The notes under the pieces: generated by a model
What the model was told of the DNA's origin: nothing
Seen by the model: the letters and a program-made list of their open reading frames with translations, nothing else
The model's database searches: none
Assembly (NCBI RefSeq): GCF_009914755.1
Contig: NC_060935.1
Strand: one strand, 5' to 3'
Source of the DNA: the human T2T-CHM13v2.0 reference genome, Homo sapiens
Length of the DNA: 64,000 bases
In this document: piece after piece, positions 28,006 to 40,230 of the stretch
How positions within the stretch are numbered: the stretch's first letter is position 1
Layout: each line of letters begins with the position of its first letter
Position numbers and translations under genes: made by a program

Positions 28006-28435
28006 AAGGCAGAGCTGGGTAGATTGAGGGTTTTGTTTACAGCACTTTGACAGCAAGTTGCTTGTTTCCTGCCATTCAGAGACCCTGGCCAAACTATGTC
28101 CATTGTGGCCACAAGACCATTGGCATGTCAGCCTCCAAAAGAGAGATGACTGCTCAGCAGGCATTAACCAGATCAGAGGTTCTTTGATTCAGCACAGTGC
28201 TCTCTTTTTGCACTGCTCTCAGTCTACCAACAGTATCAATCACAGCAACCATTCATGGTGCAAGGTGATCTCCCTAAACTTACATTATATCTTTAATCCT
28301 CACAGCAGCCTTGGGGGATGGTATTATTTCCATCTGTAGATGAGACAATAGGGGCTCAGAGATGGTAGGTAATTGCCCAAGGACACATAGCTGTTGGAGA
28401 AAGTAGTATTGGAGCAAAATCTATGTGTGTGCATC

Positions 28436-28539
28436 TAGATTGACCAACCTTCCTGGTTTGCCTGGGAATATGGGGTTTTCTAGGATGTGGGGCATTCAGT
28501 GCTAAAATCAGGAAAGTCTAAGATGAGTTGGTTACTCTA
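28436..28539. mobile_element. MER81-like hAT-Blackjack MITE
   Basis: TIRs tagattgaccaac / gttggttactcta; internal ttcagtgctaaaatcaggaaagtc. Confidence 0.8.
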
Positions 28540-31056
28540 TATGCGGCCTCTCCGTGGAGGGTTGGTTGGTGGGCCTGGAAAAGGGATAGGGATAAGAGAG
28601 AGAAGAGGAGGACGCAGAGAGAATGGCAGAAGCAACTCTGCACTGTTTCTTTCTGCAAAGATGTCTTTTCAATTCAACCTGCTTGTTCAGTTCAACAAGC
28701 AGGTTTGAATGCCCTCGTCCTTGGAGGGAGTCACGTCAGGACTTTCCGGGTATTTGACCGTGATGAAGAGCGCTGTCTGCCAGGGTTCGCCAGGCTGGGT
28801 GTGGAAAAATGGTGCCCCAAACCAGCCCCACATGGCAGAATAGGAAACATGCTGTCATCTTGCTTCATCTGAATCTCCATTCCATGAGGGCAGGAATTGT
28901 TTTCTTTTTTACTTCTATAGCTGAAGCCCCAGTGCCCAGAATATGGCAGAAACTCCAGAAACATTGGTGGAATGTAGACTATTGAATAATTCCAAGTACA
29001 AACCAATGGTCCAGGGAGATTTAGATTCTGATGAAGGCAATCTGGGGAAGACTGAATGGAGAAATAGCATTGGAAACGGTTTGGATACCACGTGTTGGGA
29101 TCAGGAAGCAGAGGAGCACAGAATGCTTGTGCAGAAGTGACATGGGCCCACTGCACCTGGGGTGGACCCTGTGAGGTAGAGTTGGAGACCAAGGGCCTGA
29201 GGACTGGACATGTCGGTGGAGACCAGGTGGTGGAGGATGGAGAATGCCATGCCCTCAGGGAGTTTGGACTGCCTGTCGTTAAGCCATTTTTTTCTCCAAA
29301 TTTCAATCCCCCTCATTCCATTGTCACCATATTTGCCATGTCTGTGTACCTACCTATATTACTTATTTAACACTTTTCCTTCAAGTGACTTACTTTTTAA
29401 CTTTACATTTGTTTTCATATCAAACACACATGGCTGTTAAAATAAAAATTACGATTTGAACTTAGAATCATCTTGCCTACCACATGAGGTAGGTGTACTT
29501 CCCTCTGAGGACCACAGCTCCAGCAACTGGGGAACCGACAAAGATTTTTGAAAGAAGAAATGATTCAGTTGCTTTTTGGGAAGACTACACACGTGAGGAA
29601 GTACTGAGTGGAAGATATGTGCATAAAACATTGGCGCAATTGTGACTAACATGGTAAGAAATATTATCAACGCAAGTTTGGGGGGCATTTCAAAGTCTCT
29701 CAATGGTCATCCGGATGAAATATGCAAGAACTGCTCTCTCTCTCTCTCTCTGTCTTTTCTCTTCTTGGTCTCACTTTGCCCTCTTTCCCAGCAGCTCTGC
29801 CTTCTCCCCCATGCTTGCTGCCAACAGCTCTGAGGAATGGGAGGGATTGCAGTTCAAAGAGTAAACAGGTCTACTCTGAGTAAGGCTGTGGGCTGTGCAG
29901 TGACCCCCAGTGGGTCTGGGTGCCTGGTAATGATGCCTGCACTGGCATGATGCTGTGGCTTTCCAGGCTTGTTTTACCTGGTTGTGCAAAGAATGTTACC
30001 CCCAGCCAAGGCTCAAGTTCACAGACCATTGGCCCATCCCCTAATAAGCATATTATTCCCAGCTGGGCATTGAACTTCCAAGTTAAGGTGACCTGCCAAA
30101 CTGGAAAGAAAATGGATTTGCAAAAATCAGATGTTTGCCAACAGCACCATCCCCCACCACAACCATAGACAATTGTGAGATCTAAAGTTGGACTCCCTGA
30201 GGTTTTCTGCCCTGGTGGTTCTGGCAACTCCTGGAGAGCCACAGACTGATGAATTTGAGGATCATAAACCTTAAGAAGACTTTAAAGTATTTTTGGCATT
30301 AATTGACAAAGTCCACAGCAAGCCAGGCATGCTCTTCTCTCCCACTCCCCTTGTCAGAGATGTCTCTTTCCCCTTGCTCTTCTTACCCCATTCTTTCCAG
30401 CATAACCAAGCTTAATAGCTTCCATGTTTCCACTGTAAGGAAGTGAGCCGAGTGTGGTTGGTCTGTTTCACAGCAGGGCTATCCTCACACGAAAAGTTTT
30501 CAGATGCATTGACTATGCAGATTTTTGGCTCAGTTTGCAGAAGACTTCCTTATTTCAGTTTTACTGTACACCCACCTACATAATACTTTTTGGTTCTTAG
30601 AATTTCAGAGCTATTAACCTCTAAACTTAAATCAAAATTCTCATCAAACTTTCCTAGGGCCTTGTCATAAAAGAAACTAAGTCTCAAAATAGGACTTTTT
30701 GGCCTAATTTCCTTGTCCAGGAAGACAGATTGACTAATTCCAAACCCTGGACTCACATGTGATTGCTAAGAATAGGGGTGGGGGAGAGAGAGGGGACAAA
30801 AGTCATAGACATGCCATGACACATATTGGGAGATTTCATCTGAATTTCCCCTGAGTATGAAATTATTCAGAAATAATTCCAAGGGCTTCTTTTCTGACAT
30901 TCCACCAGTGTGCAGGTGCATATGTTTTGAATGAACTGAATGGATAATTTATTTATACAAATGAGTCTTTTTGAATAGTTGCAATGGATGTGCTGTCAAC
31001 TCTCCAATATCACTTCCAGGGGGTTTGTAGATGCATTCTTTCCATGGGCATCAGCA

Positions 31057-31124
31057 GGTCTGGATCTCCTGCTTTCTATCTGAAAGGCACTGGTCTGGAT
31101 CTCCTGCTTTCTATCTGAAAGGCA
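31057..31124. repeat. Tandem duplication, period 35
   Basis: ggtctggatctcctgctttctatctgaaaggca identical at 31057-89 and 31092-124. Confidence 0.95.
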
Positions 31125-31699
31125 TTATGGGCAGCAGTCTGGTTGATTTTATACTACTTTGATACACTCTCAATTGCATACTAAGAATGAGGATGGAGAA
31201 ACTGATAGTGACCCTCACCCCAATTAGGTTTCACTACTGCCCTTGACCTTCATATTTAATGCCTTTGTTATCACAGCAACTCTTTGCTCTATTTCTGGAT
31301 CCAAATGCCTAAGGATCTCCCTGGGGTGTTAAGCTTGCTCAGTGCTATTAAACCTGGTGGGTGGCAGAGTGACCTTTGTATCACAAGAGCCTCATGACTT
31401 CCCAGGCAAGACCAAGTCACAACTTTTCCAATGGATTTCCCCTCGATTCTTATTCTGAGCATTTAGCTTTTTAAATATTTGGCTCTGAAGGGCAGGGGCT
31501 AAACATTGTTCTGTAAGATCCAAACCTGCTTGTATATTTTATACTTTTGTTTTTTCATTTCAACTTTCCGATCTCGCTCTTCTGAGAAACATTCACATTT
31601 CCAATTGCATTCCAGAACTGAGCTTGACTTTCCATGTCCATGTAAGATCTTGTAATTCAAATTTCAGCCAGCTGCTAAGCTTCTCTTTTCTGGAGGGGA

Positions 31700-32456
<757 letters not shown>

Positions 32457-33259
32457 TAAGCATTTCCAGAGAGCCCACCAAGTGCCATGCAATCTCCTAA
32501 TGCTTTGTACTATTTCTCATTTAACCCCCCAAACAGCTCACTGAGTATGTTAATATCCCCAATAAACAGATAGGGAAACTGAGACCTAAAGTTTGAGCAA
32601 ATATGGCAAAGTTTTCCTAGGCTGTCTGGCTTTAAAAACAATGTCCTTTCACCGCATCAGGCTGCTTCTGAGGAGCAGAGCCACCTTGCTTTTGTAAGTC
32701 TGTTGGAATAGGCTCTGAGATGCCACACGTTATCCCAAATAATTAGGCATCTGGATGGAGATTTTATACATTTTCTACTTGGACCTGAGTTTGCTGTCTC
32801 TCATGGTTCCTGGGTGAAAGAGGCCAGGCCCTGAGACCTTTACCCAAGGTTGGCTCTACCAAAATATCTTCTTGAGTGAGTTCTCTGGTTGATCATCTGT
32901 GGAACAATGTGGGAGCCTACTAAATATGAATGGAAAATGAGGAATGCAAAATGGATGGTTTTCTCCACTATCACCTCACCCTTGGAGGTGTTTGCTGATT
33001 TGGTAGATGTGTGGAGGAACTCAGGAGTCTGAATTTGTAAAGGTAATTTGGATGCTTCATTAGCTTAGAAAGGACACAGCAGGGAGAACTATATAGCAGA
33101 GAAGGCTGGATGCCTATGAGGGTAGGGAAGGGAAAACAAGGGGGTGGGGCTGTAGCTGCCCTACCTCCGGTCCATATATGGCTGCATTTCTTTAATCTCT
33201 TTTACTTTTGGGATTCCATGGTAGTAAACAAAGAGTTCTTATGTTAAAACAATTGCTAT

Positions 33260-33410
33260 CTAATTGTACAGCATGGTGAATATAGTCAATAACAATGTAT
33301 CATGTATTTGCAAATTGCTAAGAGAGTAGATTGTGTTTTCACCACACACAAAAATGGCAAGTATGTGAGGTAATGCCCATGTTAATTAGCTCAATTTAGC
33401 CACTCCACAA

Positions 33411-33453
<43 letters not shown>

Positions 33454-33555
33454 GTTTATGTATATATACACACACACATATATATGACATGTCAGAATGT
33501 CATGTTTTATTCCATAAATATATACAAATTTTATTTGTCAATATAAAAAGAATAA
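33260..33555 (+). mobile_element. L1MA 3' end containing a compound microsatellite
   Basis: gtacagcatggtgaatatagtcaataacaatgtat..ttgctaagagagtagat..gtatgtgaggtaatg..taaatatatacaa. Confidence 0.85.
33411..33486. repeat. (TG)11(TA)10...(CA)n compound microsatellite
   Basis: Read directly. Confidence 0.95.
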
Positions 33556-35410
33556 TACCTGGAAAAACAAAAAAAAAATCCTAAGTGCTATACTTATAAA
33601 GAAATCTTCCTCATACAAAAAAGAAGAAATTCTGGCCACAGGAAGGTTGCCTGAAAATGGCCACCTTTTTCATGATTTTCCCTCCCTTTCTGAGACTGAG
33701 AAATGAGCCTTCTTGAAGACCCTGATGGAAATACTGTGAAGAAACTAAGACAGTTGGATTCAAGAACCAAAATGCTTATCGTAGCAGTGAGGTTGGCTTG
33801 AAGTCAGGGAACAGTGTAAAGCTATTTGTGGGGAAAGATAAGGCCAGAAAGAGATTGATAAAATACAGGCGAGACCAAAGGAACAGGGCAGGGGCAAATT
33901 AGTTTAGGCAAGAATAGAGGCGTCTTGATATTAATTAAAATATGGAGGAGGAGTCCAGAAAATTCATCCTTGGTGCTTGGGTAAGTTTAGCAACATGTTC
34001 AGATGCCTGAGTTTTGTGTGTGTATGTGTGTGGGCATGCACGTGTGTGTGTACACAGTGGGTCATTCTTCTCAGGAAGAGTGAGCCACTCTCCCCTCCTC
34101 CAGCACCAAAGTGGCCCCCACCTTGGCACGCCAGTGGCACATGCCATTGGGCCAGGATTTGCTCAGAATGCAGGCACACAGACATAATGTCAGGAGGCAT
34201 TGCTGGTGTGTGTCACATCAACCTGTTAGAACAACTGTCAACGTGTGACCTCCCAAACAGAACTCAGGTGCCCCCTTCAGAGACCGTAAAGCTTGTCCTT
34301 AGAGGATAATGAAGATCCCCAGGAACCTCATCTAATCCAAAACCAAAAGATTTGGGAAATGTGACCTTTAGAGGGGAGTAGCATTAAGAAGCAAAATGAT
34401 ACTTATTAATTCTGTTGCTTATTTGACTGTAACCAGTATAATAAATGATCATATTCTGCTCGATTTAATTCCCCCTCCCCATAAGTTTCACAAGACCAGA
34501 AGGAGTTTCTTCTTCCCATTGGTCTTACATTAATATTCTTGTACGGCTTTCACTAAATAGATGCCGTGTTCTGCCCTGGAGGTAACACCACGTCATTAGG
34601 AGGAGATGATAGACAGAAATATATACAAACACACACTTGCTTTCAAAAATAAATATAGGCCCTCTAGTTAAAAGGTATTGTGTAAAGTGTGTGAGCATCC
34701 TCTTTCTTGCAAAGCAAGCACACAGCTTCCATTAATCTTGTAGCCACAGCCTGTGTTGGTGTTAAGACTCAGATTCCTTAACGCTTGATACTTGGCTTAA
34801 AGAGATTCTTTGTCCTGGCCTTGATTTGGGAATTAAGATCCCTAGGGTTTTTGGTTTTACAGTATGGATCTTCTAGGAGACAACCCGACTGACCTCCGGG
34901 TCTCCAGGCCACCACACACAACCTGGTTTGCTTTGCTCTGTTCCCCTTTTCCTCTGTGGGGACCAGCACAGGACTCAACTCAAGGGCTCTGTGTCTGTGC
35001 ACAGGTTGGAGAGGGTGATAGGGCCTTGACCTGTAGGGACAACCAGGAAGATTTCTATGCAGAGTAATTGGGTTTCTAGAGTTTGTTTCAGTTGATTTGA
35101 GGGCAAGCTGCTTGGCCTCTCTCTCTTGATTCTTCCCATCCACAGAATAAAGACAATCAGCTTTGTTTATCACTCTGTTCATTTTGCTATGTCTTTATCA
35201 GCCCCCCAGAGAATTCAGGAGCACAGAACAAGTGCTGGAGGTCTCTCTTGCCAGAGTCCTCCTTGAGAACTTACAATGTGTCCATATTAAGGATCTGCTG
35301 TGTTTGATGATTTTGTGATTACACTTTAAACTTCTTATCCATAAAGGACATACTTGATATATCTGAGACTTGTAGTAGAAGGCCTTGAGACATCCATCTC
35401 ATCCCATCAT

Positions 35411-35422
35411 TATCTATCTATC

Positions 35423-35473
<51 letters not shown>

Positions 35474-35488
35474 ATCTATCTATCTATC
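35411..35488. repeat. (TATC)3 ATC (TATC)12 ATC (TATC)3 tetranucleotide STR
   Basis: Read directly. Confidence 0.97.
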
Positions 35489-37712
35489 GCCAGTACTGTC
35501 TTGTTGAAGTTGGCAGTAGGGTGAAAGACCTCAAACTCCAAAGGACTTTCCGTATGGATGCAATATACCTGCAATTCTAGCTTTTTTGTGTTTTTTTTTT
35601 TAGGTTGGGGGTGAGGGGTATTGTTTTCATTTTTGTTTTTCTTCTGGAAGGTTCAACTAAGACCCAAGTAAAAAGAAGAATCAATACTTAATAAGTACCC
35701 AGCAAGTAGCAGGCACACTTTTAGGTACTTTATTTACAAAAAAACCTCCACAAATAAAGTGGCTTGTGAGTATGAGGTGACATCTTTCCCTCCCCTCCCA
35801 CCATCACTACCCCAATATGACTCGTCTCAATAGCCCTCCAATCTAAAATGGACTAAATACAAGTGGATAAAGAAATGGAGATTTAACCAGAATTCTTCAG
35901 CTATAAATTACAGGGCCTATAATTAAAGGTGATTGGGACTGGGTCAGAGAGCCACATCACTTTTGTGGTTGCATTTGAAGTTCACTATCTCTTGACCACA
36001 CAACCCTAGCCCTTCTACTCCCACCCTGCTGTCTCAGGTTAATCTCAGGCAATGGTGTAAAGAAGGCCAAGTTTGTTTCCCTGGAGTCCCACGGGCTCTA
36101 GCAATAATGCTTCCCTTTTCTCATGAGTGCCCCGCCACCCACCCCCCTTCACCATCACTACACACAAATGCCCTGCAGTGGGTGGAATGTAGTTACTTCA
36201 GGTTGTGCCTGATTTGTCTCTCAAGCAAAACTCCAGCAGGCCATTCCCTCAGGGCCCTGCTCTCAGATCTGGAACTGATAGACTAATTGGGGCTAATGTG
36301 ATAATGGGAAATAATGAAATTTGTTGTTTTTATCAGTGTGTATATGGGGCGGGGTTTACATTTGCATTTTCACAGGGCCCTTGGCAAGTTCACAGGGTTG
36401 AACAGTTGGGAAGGGTGGGAATGTCTGGGGCAGGTTAGGGAGGCAGAGGGATTTATTAGAACTCCCCTAAACTGCACTGACCAAAGCCTCAAGCCCTTCT
36501 TCAAGACCTGCCCAGCTTCCAAGACCTTCCCAAGTCCACCCTTGTTTTCCCACTGAGTCTTTTACACTTTCAGAAACCTCTGAATTTGTGTAGAAACTAG
36601 AAAAAATAAGTAAGAAAAGACTAATACTACTGCACACTCACTGTTCCCCCTTAATATAATAACCAGTTTTTATTCTATTCAGTCAGCCTTTGACCATAAG
36701 CAGACCTTTTTTTTTTCTTTTTAACACAAGTAACTTCTTGGTTTTGATCACAAAATCTTTATCTCTGCCAAATCTCAACTTCCCTTCCCTCTCCCACAAA
36801 AGGGAGGCCCGTTGAGTCAAAGAAATCTGCTTAGACACTTTGCTCATGCCAGGCCAGTGTCCTGGAAGGTTCAACAGAGAGAGTTAATGGTTGGGGGATG
36901 GTATTTTTCTTTGCTAGGAGCAGTCATTCACCCGTATGGGAGAAGGTACATTTGTGACCCAGTGAAGCAGGTACAGGTAACTCCCCATATGTCCCTTGGC
37001 CCAAGGGAATAGAGGTTGCCTGGGTATTTGAATCCGTAGATCCTCCCTAATATTCCACCTTCTTCTTGTCCAAACTGTGCTTTTTTATTTCCAGTTTCAG
37101 CATTTTGGTCTTCTCATCTCTAACTCTTATAGGGAGTGTCAATAAACCTTTTAAAAAAGATCATGTAAGTGTCAAGAGGAAGTGAAGAACCTAGATAATC
37201 CACCAACCGGATAATCAGCTCTTGCATATTTGAGAGTTGACTGCTTGACCTAAGCATCTCCTCATAAGGTACCCTCCCTCCCAGGACCTTCCCTTTCAAA
37301 CCTCTCAAGGCTCTTACCTGGGGCCAGGGGAGATAGGCTTTTCAAAGTCCATTGAATTGCCAAGAGTCTCTGTCAAGAAGGCAGTCATGGTGCCTGGAGA
37401 GGGAACTTGCTGGGAGCCCCTTCAGAGCCTGGTACTTATAGAGCTAGGGAAAAGATCTTGATGCCAAAGCAGGGTGGACTAAATACAGACTAATAAATGA
37501 GACAGGTGCTCAAGAGGGCCCCTCCATACCATCATCTCCTCCAGATTTGGACTTCTACTCACTTTGCTTTTACATTCCCTCTTCCCGATGGTGTCTTTGG
37601 TGAGCAGGGTGCTTTTCACCTGAAACAGCCTCTGAGCTGAAAAGAACAGTCACCACCAAATCAATTCCTCATCCATTAACAGGTTGTCTCTCTGTTCTTG
37701 AGACACAGGCAT

Positions 37713-37927
37713 TACCTGGTTAGACCTGTTTTGTTTGAACACTAACGTGTGAGTTGGCCAAATGCAAATGAGCCAATGTTTGTAATCCTTTATTTTATTT
37801 TTTTAAAGGGCTGGGTAGCCAATCAGAAGAGGGGGAAGTGACTTAGGGAATTCCCGGTTGGTGGCTTATTGCTTAACATCCTACAAAATGATTTAAAATT
37901 ATTGTTATATGCATTTATCTTCACTCT
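37713..37927 (+). promoter_or_regulatory. EHF: EHF main proximal promoter
   Basis: Dense motif series: GRHL/CP2-like 37713-32, ATGCAAAT 37762-69, CCAAT 37773-77, AGCCAATCAG 37817-26, GGAAGTG 37834-40, GGGAATTCCC 37846-55, ATTGCTTAA (C/EBP) 37868-76, ATTTAAAA 37891-98, Inr 37921-27. Confidence 0.85.
37846..37855. promoter_or_regulatory. Palindromic NF-kB site GGGAATTCCC (~-75)
   Basis: Perfect GGGRNNYYCC match; consistent with known IL-1/TNF inducibility of EHF. Confidence 0.8.
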
Positions 37928-38058
37928 GATGAGGGCTCAGACTTGATAACACCCGTGGTGCCCCATCCCTATAGGAGCTGGTGAGATTGCAGCCTGCTGC
38001 CTCCCCTCCATCAGCCACAGCTATTGGATTTCCCACCCAGAATCTTTAGGTAAATGAG
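37923..38058 (+). other. EHF: EHF non-coding exon 1 (5' UTR, main promoter)
   Basis: Inr TCACTCT (A at 37923) ~30 nt after ATTTAAAA; perfect donor GAG|GTAAGT at 38059; spliced text ...TTTAGGTAAATGAG|ATCATGATT agrees with my recall of the EHF mRNA leader. TSS approximate. Confidence 0.85.
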
Positions 38059-38668
38059 GTAAGTCCTGATTTTTAAAACTTCTTTTGAATCTGGAATCCA
38101 AACACTTGAGTGGAAAGAGAAGCCTGCTTTAAACTGGACAGATGAAACTAGAACAGACTCTTGGAGACGGCTGGCAGGAAGTGAAGCTCACCTTACCTGG
38201 GCTTACCTCACTGGGTCAAATCAGAATTTTATTTTGGAGGGCAGGTTGGCTACTTTGGATATTATCTGTGAATTTCCTGCATTGTCTGGACTTCTAATCT
38301 CTGTGAATTTAAAAGCCCCCTCGTTTCCCTATGCCTGGGTGGCAAAACCATTCCCCTGGGTTGAATTCTTCTGGAACAAATAGGCAGCTAGAGATAGGTG
38401 GCTCTGATATAGCTCAGAGAAGAAGTGGTTGGCTAAGTAGCTGTTAGGGCTCAGAGTACACGGTCTCGCTTTCTAGAGATGTCTTCTGCTGGTAATTTTT
38501 CTGACTTATGAGCTACATGGAAAGGCCAATTTGTTTTTAATATGTTCCAGGACTGGAAAATGGCTAGAAATAGGCAAGAACATACACAATCACACTGGAA
38601 AAAGTGGCCAGGCAGCCAAGGCAGGCAGAGGTATTGGGGAGAGCTGAATATCTACAAAAACAAAAATT

Positions 38669-38853
38669 CAGAAAAAACAAAAATCAATTTTGGCAAAGGG
38701 CTTCACTGTATAACAAGGGGACAAACTAACCCTTTGTTTACAAACTAACCCTTTGTTTACTCCATTTTGTCCAGAAAATACAACAATCAGTTTTGGCAAA
38801 GGGCTTCACTGTGTAACAAGGGGACAAACTAACCCTTTGTTTACTCCATTTTG
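38669..38853. repeat. ~84-bp tandem duplication with nested 19-bp duplication
   Basis: Copies 38669-771 and 38772-853; acaaactaaccctttgttt doubled at 38721-58. Confidence 0.95.
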
Positions 38854-39813
38854 GGAGACTATGATCAGACAGGCAGTTGTGACTCAGCAGCAACAAATGC
38901 CTTCTGAGACAGGGATTCTTTTGATTTTGCTTGGACATTGTGGAGAAGTGTTAGCCCCAATGTGGACTGATCTGGGAACAGTGGGAAATTAACTTCTTGT
39001 TGGCAAATATCAGGCTGAGGTGAGAAAGCGACATTTTCACCGTCCATCTTTGCTGATTTACCGTGCTCCCAGGATGGTGGGAGTGTGTGTTTTTAAGATG
39101 GAGAGTGTATGCTTCTGGGTTCAAGTTCACAGGTGTCTCTGCTGGTTATCTGCACTCACCTTGGTAACAGGGAGAAAGTGAGTGAATGGATTCCAAGAAC
39201 TTACTGATGGAAGTCTAATTCAGGAGTTGGTTCTGCAGCCATGGAGGTAAAGATGTGTTGATAGTCTTTCAATGTGTAAAAGGGCAATTAGAGATTCTGT
39301 GTGACTGTGTGTTAATTCCACTGGGGTCAGGGGAAAAATTTATTTCTAACAGAAAAGAAGAAGATACGTTATTAGGAAGAATTTCATGGCTAGGAGATAC
39401 TATCAGAAAAGGCTCTTAAGAGATTTTAAGGATGACTTTAATAGCCGCATTTGAAGTTTGCAGAGGATCCACTTTTCCTCTTTTTGTGACCTAAATTCTG
39501 GGATGATGAAATAACTCACCAATTCCATCTTCTTATAATATGGAGTCATGTAGACAACACCATTTTCACACAAATGGCTAATGGTATTTAAAAACCATGA
39601 TGGAATGTGAATTGGGAGTCATTTGGAGGTCTGTAGTTGAACTTGAAAAAATAATAAATGTAATGGAGACAATACTTCACCGTGTTTCCAAAATATTTTA
39701 CAGAGGCATTTTAAATGAAAGTCACTTTGAGGGAACAGCTGTGCTGTAAGTTCTCTTACATGACTGCGCAAGATGGTAGCCTTCATCAAGACCTCTCAAG
39801 GTAGTGTGGGTAG

Positions 39814-40230
<417 letters not shown>

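Noticed and set aside
28731-29306. 191-aa minus-strand ORF
   Set aside because: Non-ATG start, crosses an L2 fragment, no recognisable domain or splice structure.
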